Of a DNA stretch of 64,000 nucleotides, positions 38,151 to 49,737 are shown one piece after another. This DNA is from Felis catus. Lineage: Eukaryota. The stretch lies in assembly GCF_018350175.1 (NCBI RefSeq), contig NC_058368.1, positions 155,436,001 through 155,500,000 on the forward strand, given 5' to 3'. Within the stretch, counting starts at the first letter, position 1; each line of letters opens with the position of its first letter. The position numbers and the translations under genes are program-made. Under the pieces are notes generated by a model, which ran no database searches, was not told the origin of the DNA, and saw only the letters and a list, made by a program, of their open reading frames with translations.

Positions 38151-41100
38151 TGCAGGAACGAGACACCAGCACGAAGGGACTTGCCTTTTGCCCCTCCAGA
38201 CTGCGCCCTGCAACTAGAGGAGCAGGTGGGTGTGAGAGGCCAGTATTTTGGGGGTCGGTATGATTCTCAGGGGAGGTAGTGCCTGGCCTCCTCAGCTTCA
38301 AGGTCAGTGTCCAGCTCGCTGAACACAGCAAACAGAAAAAGCTATTGTTTCTCCTACTGGGCAGTAACTGAAGGAAACTGCTCAGTTTGTGCTACAAAAC
38401 CTTGGTTAAAAATAAGCATAAAAGAGGGGGGAACATAAGCATAGTAGAGGTGACAGGGTTCTGAGTTCACCTTTCCTCTCGCATACCCAGTCCTGACCCT
38501 GCCACCAAAATGCCCCCTAAAGAATAAACGTGGACTCACCCACACAAAACCGCAAAACTCTGTGCCCTCATTGGGGAAAGACAGCGTTCAATTCTTGGAG
38601 TAGTGCAGGGGAAGAAAAGACTAGAAAAGTCAGGAAGCCCTGCTTCTGCCTTCAGCCTTTCTGAACTCAAAGTCACTTTATCCTTGAAACTGGGGGGTTC
38701 TCCTTGACTTTTTTCCTTTTTTTTTTCTTCCTATTTTCCTTCCTTCTTTTTTCCTCTTTCCTTTCTAAAGTTAAGCCCAATGAATCCAATATTTGTGCAC
38801 AGTGAGTGGAAAAAAAGTGTTAAACGTCAGTTTGACACCCCACCGGAGCTTCCAAATATCCAGCGTCTGGGATTCTTCTACTTAATTTAATCTTTATTAG
38901 AAAGGGCGGCTCCTACCCTCCTATTCACCAGGAAACCCCGGGAAACAGATCTGTTGGGGTTCAGAATTGAGGACGGCAAGGAGAGGAGTTAAAGAAGGAT
39001 TAATCCTCTCCCATCCAACCTCGAACTTTGGAACTTCGATCTCCAGTAGGCTGGGGGACGGGGGAGGGGTTCAAGGTCCCAGCCCTGACAGCCAAGGGTC
39101 TCTGCAATCTGGAGCAGGGGGGCAGGGAGGCTGGCAGGTTGAGATGGGAACTTGTAGCCCTGGTAACCAAGTATTCTTCTAAAGGAATTTACAGCAAAGT
39201 GTCCCAGGCTCTGGGAGCAATGCGAATCTTATTTAAAAGAACATTGCGGGGGAGGGGAAGCATTTCTTAGGAGGTAAAGCCCAGTGCTTTTCAGTCCTAG
39301 AAATCAAATGTCCTTTTCTGGATAGTCATTTATACTTCACCTGAGGGCTGTTTCTCCTTTTTAAAGTAAATGTGATGCTTAAGGAAGACAACTTAGGTGG
39401 TATTTTAGTTAGCATTTGAGACTTACTAGAATAATTCTAATTTCAAATTTCAAAGCAAATTGTAACCAATTTCTCACCTTCAAAGGTTTGGAGTTATGCA
39501 TCTATAGCAAGAAAAACTTTTAAATTGCCTAATGCAGGCTCTTGTTTTCCACTTATTTATTGTGTTTTAACCAATTTAATTCCAAGAAAGACCGAAAAGA
39601 AAAAATATTGGGGAGAAATTGAAAGCAATGGTCTCATGTTACCCTATCACCTCTCTCTCACCTGTCACACAGTCTCCACCCTCTGAAAAGAAATCCTCCT
39701 GTCAGTGTGACTTCCAGTTGAAAATGGAAAAGAAATGAGATGTTTTCACTAAAAGGCTGTCCATCGTGTTCTCAATTATTTGTTTTTTTTTTTTTAACTA
39801 ATATGACATCCCGCAGAGTGAGGACAAGAAAGAACTGAAGGAAAAGTGGCTCCAAGTATCACCTAGACTTGGTAGAGAATCTTCATGTGGGTGTGTGCAT
39901 ATTCATGTGTAGAGGCAAAATAAGCAACCCAATCCGACCCTGCCCCCAGAGTGTATAGGAAACATTTACATACATATCCATGTACTCCGAAAAATCTCTA
40001 AGCACATGTGTGCAGAAATGTAGTCCTACGCAAGCTCAGCTTGCACACACAAGCTCCACACACATGTATTCACTTCTGGACTAAAGGCATTTCATTGCTC
40101 CCATAGTTTCTTTCCATTAAGAGCGATTAGATAATGTCCATTCAAAGTTGCTGATCCAGAGAGAAAATAAGAGTAGATAAAAGGAGATTTCAAGTGACCT
40201 CCTCGTCCCTTTCACACCAACCTGAGCCCTAGAATAGCCAAGGATCAACTCACACAAAAGCCCTTTCCTTTTGCTTTTCAGCTTCAGAAGATTTCATGCA
40301 AAGGGTTAAACAATAAAACAGAACTATCCTCAAGTTTTGTTAGATCATGCTTTTGGAATACTTTATTAACTCCTCCCATAGTTGAGCTAGGTTTATTATT
40401 CACCTCTGAAACGAGTAAATAAAATATACATAGCATAACAGAAGGCATAATTATTTATTGCTCCATGTGGTTTATATCAGTGGTATAGCATGCTCATTCT
40501 TTTTCATTTAAACTTTACCTAATCCCCCTCTCTCCTTGGTGATGGAGGACACTGTGATAAACATATCTTTCCACTGACAGACAGTTTAGAAGGAAATGTC
40601 AGCTTTATTATTTAGATCAACCTTCTGATAGGTAAATACTATTGTAATATGACCATAGTTACCAATAGATCTGCTGGCTTTGTGAGTCAATACTTTTTCG
40701 CCAGTTTCTTTTATAGGCAGTTAAGAAAGTGACATTAAAGAATTAAACATATTCGAGCAGAATTTAATCAGTGAATGTCCAACTCAGAAATAGGTGTTCT
40801 GACAGGTAACTATTAAAAGAAATTATTATATGGTGCAGTTGATTTATTGTCAGGGTACTTTAACAAGCTTCAAACTCATTTCAAAATTCCAACTTTTCAT
40901 CCACACCCAAATCATTTACCCCAGGAAAAAGAACCACGCGGTTATTCTTCACTCTAGTCTCCATTTAAAATTTAAAAATACATTCTGTAACACAGAAGTC
41001 TCTAGTTCTTTCTCTCTTTTTGCATAAATGCATTTAGATAGCTAAGGCTTGATTTCTACAAAAAGTAAATATTTGTCCCTGGCTTCTCTAGTGTACTAGG

Positions 41101-43479
41101 AATGATTGTCACTTTTCCTCCGATAAAAGGCTTGATTTGCATCCAAAGGTCAGCACTTGCTCTCCTGCCACCCTCCCATGGCTGCTCCTGGCCCTCTAAC
41201 GGGAGGCCCAAGCAGAAAGCGGAAGTGCTTCCTTTATCTCTCTTTCCAAAACACATGCTTTAAATGGCTGGTTTGTGATAGAAAACTAAACCGTTTTCTA
41301 AGGTAAAGCACTTATCTCTGGACATTCTGACCCAAAGGTGACAAAGAAGAAATGCTCAGACTACCAGAGTGATAGTGAATATGCAAGGCTGCTCATCCGT
41401 GGTTCAACCACAAGGGCAGGCTAAGAGCAGCCAGTCCAACAGAAGTTCAGCTCCCAATTTGGCCTTCCCATCTTTGTTTTCATTTTGACAAAGGCAGAAG
41501 TTTTTACAACTGGGCAGCCACAGTACAGACTGAGTTCAGTCTTGTGAGGGGGTTTTCCTGACTTAGGCAGCGGCTTTTGCTTATTTGTTTGGGTTTTGGT
41601 TTTGGCTTTTTAATAATCACAAAACATTAGGCAGGCATTCCTGTGCCTCTCTCTATCCTTCAAAGTATCATTCTAAAGACCATTTTAAATATATCTTCTT
41701 CAACTGTGTTCCTCCCAACCTTAGTCTCATGCCAAGGGAGACTAATTGATTTGCACCTTTAAAACAAGCTCTTTGGGAAAGGTCTGCAGTAAGAGCAGTA
41801 GAACTGACCTTTCTCCCAACAATTGCAGGCATACTCATTTCTCCAGATGGGCTTGATAAAACAGGGTTATTTCTGTTCTGTGGTCTCTCTAAACTGAAAA
41901 ATGCCATTTTAACAATTTAGGAGGTAGGAAAAACGTATGAGAGAAAATTTCCTACACATATCTGGTCATTTGCAGGGTCTCAACCACTTTTGAATTAGAT
42001 ATAGAAAATTTTTTGCAAGGCCACCTTGTTCAGTGTGATTTACCAAAAAGCCAAAATGAATGATCTAGTGAGTTTGGGGAGAGCAACATGCCAATATCAA
42101 AGAGGTCATGGGATTGATGAAGAATAATTCAGCCTTCAAGGAAAGAAAGATTTGGGATAGCAGGGTGTTAATCAACTAGAAAGTCTGCTTAGATCCAGAC
42201 TCTGGGGCCTGGAATGCAAGCCAGCACAGTATATGCCACCACCAATCTCTGCTTCTCTCCTTCTCCCCAGCAGGTCATAACTGTTTACCAGCGATCTGGC
42301 TGGGAGAGATCAAGTGTTGGGTGGAAGATATTTTAAAAAGTGATTCAGGCTGAGCCATAATGCTAGCAACCCACAAGGGAAATTGCAAGTTTACAACCTG
42401 ATTCCTCTTTCCCAAGCAGAGGGGTAACTTCTCACCATCTCTTGGGGGAACCACACTGGAGACTTTATGCGCATTGAATGGGCCTGTGGGGACCACATGG
42501 CCAGAGAAAGACTTGAAAAGGGAGACTGGGGATCCCAGACCCTGGTGAGCTTTTCCCCATCCCTAGACCAGCCTCACCAGGTGAGAGAGACCTTGGAGAG
42601 GACCGAGTATATATGGTCACTGGGCTGGCAGTCTCAAGTAGGGTACTGAGGCAAGGGCCACAGTGGGTCTAGGTCCAAGAGCTACCTCTATATGCTTAGA
42701 CTTAAAGGCAACCAAGGTGGAGGACTTAGTTGAAAAAGGAGAGAGAGAGATCTGGAGAAGAGGCCTAAAATAAAGGTGGAAATACAACTGTGTTTTCTTC
42801 TCCTGCAGTTGAGTAGGCCTGGACACTTGCGGGGAATTTCAGTTTGTGGACCTACCTACTCCCACAAAATATGATTATTTTTATGTCCTCATGGGGCGCA
42901 TAAGGCCCCAGGACCAGTGTGCCAAGTTGAACCAAGAACAAAGGAGAGCTTCGCAGAGAGAAAGCAGAGCTGCCCAGGACCTGAGCTGACCCCTCAGTCC
43001 CTCCATGGAAGCCATTTTGCTGGGGCTGAGGCTGTGAGCACAAGAGGAGGCACACCCACACAGTGTGCAAACGCGATACGGAACACAAGGTCCGTAAGAA
43101 GAATTGAGCCCTGAGTGTCTCTTGGGCTGTACAAGTCCCAGAGGGGGACAGCACCTTTCTTCCAAAAAGCTCGGGTTTCTTCCTGCCCCCTGGCAAGACA
43201 GAAATTTGGCACATAGGGCCGGCAGAAGAGCGATCTCTCCACTGCTCTGAAAAGCCGAGATTTTCCACAGCTACGGTCACCACCGCCAACAGCCCCCATC
43301 TTTTGGATTATGGCCGGTTACTACATCCCTTTTTCCCTTCCTCCTGGAGGAGGGGGTGGCTTCGCCTGAAGCTTCGAGGGCCCCAATTCTCCCCATTCCC
43401 AGGGTCATGCCGGATCCCAGGGGCCTCTTTCATGTTTGGAAGCTCAGGGTGGGGGCTAGCGGAAAGAGCCCACAGTGAG

Positions 43480-45740
43480 GGTGAACGGGCGCCACCGCTC
43501 TCAGGAAGTCTCAGCTCGTCTTAGCGCCACGCCTTGTCCCTAGCCTGCGTGGCGGGACCGAGGCTAACCCAGTCCGGCTGGCTGAACCTCTAGCCCATGC
43601 AGCCCCGGGGCGCGGCCCGCGGCGTCGACTCCCCCCGCCCCCTGCGCCCGCCCTGCGCGCCCTCTGACGCAAACGCGCGCCCCTGCCCAGCGCAGAGGAA
43701 AGCGCTCTTGTAGGTTTTAATTGAGGCTCTTCCTTTCACGCACACCCCCTCAGTCCCCACCCCTGGGAGGTGACCCCTCCCCGCCCCCAGCCCTCGTGCT
43801 GCCGCGCGAGGAGCCAGGCTGGGCTTCGGGGCTAGGGATCTGATGCTCGGTCGCCGCCGCCGCCGCGGGTTCTCCACTCGGGAGAGCGGCTTGGTGTCCC
43901 TTTTAATCCGCTGACACTATCGCCCACATCAAAGAGGCAGCCATCGATCGCGTTACGTTAGGGGATCCCATTACAAACGGCGCCCGCAGGTGGGCGGCGG
44001 GAGCAGAGCTCGTCAGGCTCTAGCCATAGCCAGGCAAGGCGCGGGCAACCGGCCCAGCCCAGCCGGACCCCGCAGCCGGTTCCACCGCAGCTCCGGCTCT
44101 GCACTGGCGGCACGGATGCTAAACGCCACCCCCCTCCTCAGCCACCGCGCTGGAGGCCCGGCAGCGGTTGCCCACTGGTGGGGGGTGGGGGGGGAGCGGG
44201 GGTGGGGGGTAGGATGATGGGGGTGGGGAGACCTGTTTTGAATTTGGACTGAAGCTCGGCTGGCAGGATCCTCAGCTGCAGAAGGGCGCGACGGCCGCGG
44301 TCCCTGTCCTCGCGCTTTGGCGGGACAGAGGCTGGGTGAGGGTGGCTCCTGAGCAGGCCCCACGGAAAGTTCTCCTCATCCCGCCCTGGCTGCCTGGACT
44401 CCGGCCCCGGCCTGCCGAGGCCAAGAGAGTCAACGCCTCCTCCCGGCCTGTCCGCGTTGCCAGCCCCGAGTTCAAAAGAAACAATTATCATTGCGTTACT
44501 TGCCTGGTGGAGAAGGACTTGGCGAAGTCTCGCTTCTGGTGCCCACGACTCACGGTCCAGGGTCCGAGGGTGGCTGGGCCCGCAGACCCGGCGTCCAGCG
44601 GGCCTCCGGTTCCCTGGAGCTCGCTTTCGCCGCCTCTTCCACTCGCTCTCTCTCCACGTTCTCTTTCCTTCTCCTTGTCTCCCTCTCTCTGCCTGCTTCC
44701 TCTACCCTCGACTGCCTTTCTCTGTACTAGATGGGGAGTAAAATTTAGAATTTGGATATAAAAAGCTTGTCCTTTCTTTTTTCTCTCTTTTTAATCTTCT
44801 CGTCTTTTCTTTCTTCCTTTTCCTTTTTTTTCTTTCTTTCCTTTTTTCTTTTTTTTGTCTTTTAATCGTGTTCGTTTCACCTTTTAATTGACCAGGAGAC
44901 GTGAGAGCGTTTATTTGGGGGAGAAGGCCGAGGACAAGGAGCTCCTGCCTGCCCCATTCGCCTCCTCTCCGTCAGCTGCGTACAATGGGCCGCCGCTTGC
45001 AGAGTGCATTGACTGTCTCTCCATTATTCGAGCTGGAGGGGCTGTGGGGCAGGCACGGAAAAGGCTTTATTCTGCTCTTTAAAATCATCGCTAGTCACTA
45101 AGCGGTCGCTGACTCCCGACTTGGAGGCTGGAGTGACCGGGAAGCGCAAAACGCACCGCGAACACGCAGCGTTTCCCAAACCCCTCCCTGGTGAAATTTA
45201 AAGTGAGAACGAGTATTAAAAAACAAACCCTACCTCTGTCAATACAGCGTGGCCATTTGCTCCCACCTTTACCTGAGGGCGTGTTGAGGATCGGGATGCT
45301 GGAGCTGAGACAAACTTTTACGCTCTCCCGAGTCGAAGGGCGGGCAGGCGAGCGCGGCTCCCACCCCCAGCGGCTGCCGCGGCGGCTTTGTCACTCCGCA
45401 CAGCTCCGCACCCGCCTGAGCCTGCCTAGGGAGCGATCTCAAAACGAGGGGGGTGCGAGTGTGCTATTGGAGAATATGTAACTAATAGAAGTATCATTTT
45501 CCCCAGTACGATCTTTCAAGGAAAAAAATCCATTGAAAGAATTTTCAAAGTGCTGTCTCCGTTTGGAGAAAAGGCGCAGGCTGCCTGCGGGGAGGGGAGG
45601 AGAGACCCGGCTGTGCGCCTCCCGGGCGCGGCTCCCGTCCGCTAGGTGGCAGCCAGAGCCAGCGATTCCTGCAGGCCCCGCGGCGGGACCCGCTCCTCCC
45701 TCCCGCCCCTCCTCCCACGACCAATCGCCTTCGGGAATCG
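43480..45740. promoter_or_regulatory. CpG island; candidate divergent promoter region
   Basis: High CpG density, GC box at ~45702, CCAAT at 45721 and a CTCF-like motif at 45639-45652. Confidence 0.8.
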
Positions 45741-45741
45741 G

Positions 45742-45743
<2 letters not shown>

Positions 45744-45809
<66 letters not shown>

Positions 45810-45860
45810 CTCGCTCTCGCTCTCTCGCTCTCTCTCTTCTCTCTCCCCATCCCTCCCTCC

Positions 45861-45900
<40 letters not shown>

Positions 45901-46122
45901 TCCCCCTCCTTCCCCCTCTCCCCTCTGTCCTCTCTCGCGCGCTCTGTCTCTCTCTGTCTCTCTTTCCCTCGCCTTCCCTCCCTCTCGCTCTCCCTCCCGC
46001 TCTCCCGCTCTCCTCCCTCTCCCCTGCAGCTCCCCCCTCGTCCTCTCCCCACTCCCCTCTCCCCCACCTCTCCCCATCTCCCATTTTCCCTTGTCGGTCG
46101 CTCTCCCCTTTCCTCTTTTCCT
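45744..46122 (+). repeat. (CT)n microsatellite and ~380-bp polypyrimidine tract
   Basis: Direct reading: pure (CT)n at ~45744-45807, then a CT-rich low-complexity region. Confidence 0.97.
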
Positions 46123-46701
46123 AGGACTCTGACTTAACCGCACTAACCGCCCCCCCCCCATGAGGACTTACTACTGTTTTATTAATAATTATTTAAGCGT
46201 TGTTTGAAGTTTGGAACTGCCTGAGAATACCAAAGAGGAGAAAAGAAAGGAAAAACCAGACTGATTGTAAAGTTTATTTTTAAAATCATCATGGGATGAA
46301 TAGGAACCGTTGATTCAGATTGATTTTGTGGCAATAGCTGCATATTCCAGGAGTGTGTTTTGTCATAATTAAACCTTTAAAACCATTATATACTTTGGGC
46401 CAAAAAATAGGAAGTCCTTACTTTGTTTCTTAAAACGATATAAAATGAGCAGAATCCACACTTAGATTATGCTTATATATGCGAACGAAGAAAACAATTC
46501 AAACCCAGTATATTTCATGAATCATTAAAATGGTGAGAGTTTAATTCCCATTAAAAATTTCCCTAACATATTCAACGACACTGTCTTCACGCTCATAAAA
46601 CCTAATTTTAAAAACTTTTCAGAAGAAATCAAAATAATTTCCTTCTCTTTTACCCATTACAAGGCTTTCTCCCCCTCGCCATCCCTTCCCCCTCTAGTGT
46701 T

Positions 46702-46702
<1 letters not shown>

Positions 46703-46745
<43 letters not shown>
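46703..46745 (+). repeat. (GT)n microsatellite upstream of the promoter
   Basis: Direct reading. Confidence 0.97.
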
Positions 46746-46746
<1 letters not shown>

Positions 46747-46949
46747 CCATAGACGACCCATACTAATCAGGTCTCAGAGTAAATAGCAGCGCAGGGCGAT
46801 CTCAATGTAAATTGCGCTTGTCAGAAGCACATCCCCCCCCCCCACTTTCCCTCCTCCTCCCCTCACCATCCCCGTCAGTAGGTAGCTAAGAGGGAGGGGG
46901 AAAAAAAAAAAAAGAAAGAAAGAAAAAGAGGAGGGGGGGAGGGGCTCTC

Positions 46950-47190
46950 CAACCAATGGCGTGCGGGAGGCTTGGCTAACCTTAGACTCCCATTTTCTCT
47001 CCCCCCCGATTCAGGGCTCTGACCAGTCAGTCGCCTTTGATTATCAGTTGCCAGCAGCCCTTCTCTTGGCTCCTTGACACGAGCTCCATATAAGGCAGCG
47101 ATCTCCATAGAAACGTGTCAGTTTCAATAGTAGTGTCAAAGTTCACTATATACAGACATTCGCGCAGATCCCCCTTTCGGAAACATTGCT
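46950..47190 (+). promoter_or_regulatory. NR2F1 core/proximal promoter
   Basis: CCAAT 46953-46957, TCF/LEF-type CCTTTGAT 47034-47041, CArG CCATATAAGG 47086-47095, DR1 GTGTCAaAGTTCA 47133-47145 and TATATA 47147-47152, in non-repetitive sequence between two low-complexity tracts. TSS inferred at ~47175-47185. Confidence 0.75.
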
Positions 47191-47228
47191 CTGCGAGTCC
47201 TCCCGTTTAAACGCATTCAATTTTGGGG

Positions 47229-47271
<43 letters not shown>

Positions 47272-47455
47272 CTCTCTCTCTTCTCTCTCTCTTCTCCTCC
47301 TCCTCCGCCTCTCTCTCAATCTCTCTCAATCTCTTTCTCTCTTTTCTTCCCTCTCCTCTCTCCCTTTTCTTTTCTTACATATTCTATTAGTTGTTTCCCT
47401 TGTATTCTTCTTCTTTCTCTTTTTCTCCCTCCTCCTTGTCTTTTACTCCATTCCT
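47229..47455 (+). repeat. (CT)n/polypyrimidine tract at the start of the 5' UTR
   Basis: Direct reading. Confidence 0.95.
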
Positions 47456-48250
47456 GCAGAAGAGAGAGGGCTAAACTTTAAAAAAAAAAAAAAAAGGAGG
47501 AGGAGGCACCCCCTTCGTATTCTTCTTATCGTTATTTTATACATATATGATTTTTTTTTGGAGGGAGGGTGTTGGTTCCCGGCTGAAGAGCACTTATTTA
47601 AAATACTAAAAAAAGAACATTTTTGGGCGATCTCCAGGGTTTTTTTAACTAGCTCTGTGTGTTATAGCAGAAGAAGCAGAAGAAGGAGCAAGAAAGAGGA
47701 AAAGAAGAGGATTATTTATTCGACCTACTTTGGATGTCTCTCGCTTTTTTTTTAATTGAAATTCTTTTTCTTCTGATTTTTATTTTTTCGATTTTGCTGT
47801 GAATTCGTCGCCGGCGTGAATTATCTCGTATTTTTCTCCCTCTCCGTCACCTCCCGAAAGAAGAAGGCAGCGAGAACCCGGCGCCACCGGCACAACAAAA
47901 AGAGCAAAGTGTGTGATCCTCCTCGCCGGCTGCCTCCCTCTCTCCAGCGCTGCCTTCCTGAATGGCTGGCTGCGTCCAGCCCTGGACCTGGCCCCCCGAC
48001 ACCAACGCGCCCTGATCGCCGCCTGCAGCCTCGCCCCGCGCCCTGCTCGGCTCACCGCGCTCCCCTCAATCCCGAGCCCAGCGAGGGCTCCCGCCGGGAC
48101 AGCCGCGGCGGCGCGGGCGGCCCCGACCCGGGCTCGCGCTCCGGCTGCGGCCCCGACTCCAGCTCGGACTCCGGCCCGGGCCCCGGCTCCTCCAGCGGCG
48201 CTCGCCGCTGCAGCTGAGGCGGCGACTCCAGCGGCGCCTGCAGCCGCGAC

Positions 48251-48311
48251 CTCCTCCTCCTCCTCCTCCTCCGCCTCCTCCTCCTCCGCCGCCGCCGCCG
48301 CCGCCGCCGCC
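48251..48311 (+). repeat. Compound (CCT)n-(CCG)n trinucleotide repeat in the 5' UTR
   Basis: Direct reading. Confidence 0.93.
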
Positions 48312-48801
48312 CTCGCCGGCTTCCTCTATGTCGCCTCAGCCGGCGCGCAGCGTGTAGCCCGAGCGGCCGGCGGGCGGGCGGGCGCCCGGCGCGGGTGAGC
48401 GAGTGTGTGTGAGAGTGTGTGTGTGCGCGGGGGTGCGGGCGAGGCGGAGGGCGAGTGTGTGCGCGCGCCGTGGCCCATGCCCGCCGCCCCCGGCGCTGCG
48501 CCCCGCGCCGCTCCCGGCTGCCGCCTGTGCCATTTCTGATTTTGCAACTTGGGGAAGAAGAAAAAAGCGAGAGAAGGGAGCTTGCTCCGTGGGGGGGGGT
48601 GGGGAGGGGGGGGAAAGGAGAGCGTGGCCCCCCCAGGATCGGAGCGCGGGGGGAGCGGGCGAGGGGAGCAGGGGTGTTGGGGGGGGGAGCCTGAGAGCCT
48701 GGGGGGGCTGCAAAAAGAGAGAAAGAAAACAGCAGGAACCACAACAAAACGCCAGCAGGGCGGGCGGGCGCGCAGCAGCAGCGGGGCGGCCGAGGCAGTA
48801 G

Positions 48802-49737
<936 letters not shown>

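Larger units (their letters stand above)
17693..45650 (-). ncRNA. Probable divergent spliced lncRNA (NR2F1-AS1 orthologue); exon structure predicted only and likely extends beyond the left edge
   Basis: Mammalian NR2F1 is known to have a divergent lncRNA. Here, minus-strand donors lie in CpG islands (45273, 44881, 34531) and paired acceptor/donor sites define 33198-33366, 28488-28677 and 17693-17795. Confidence 0.45.

Noticed and set aside
45439..46161. ER-repeat and SL-repeat ORFs
   Set aside because: Translations of the (CT)n/(GA)n tract.
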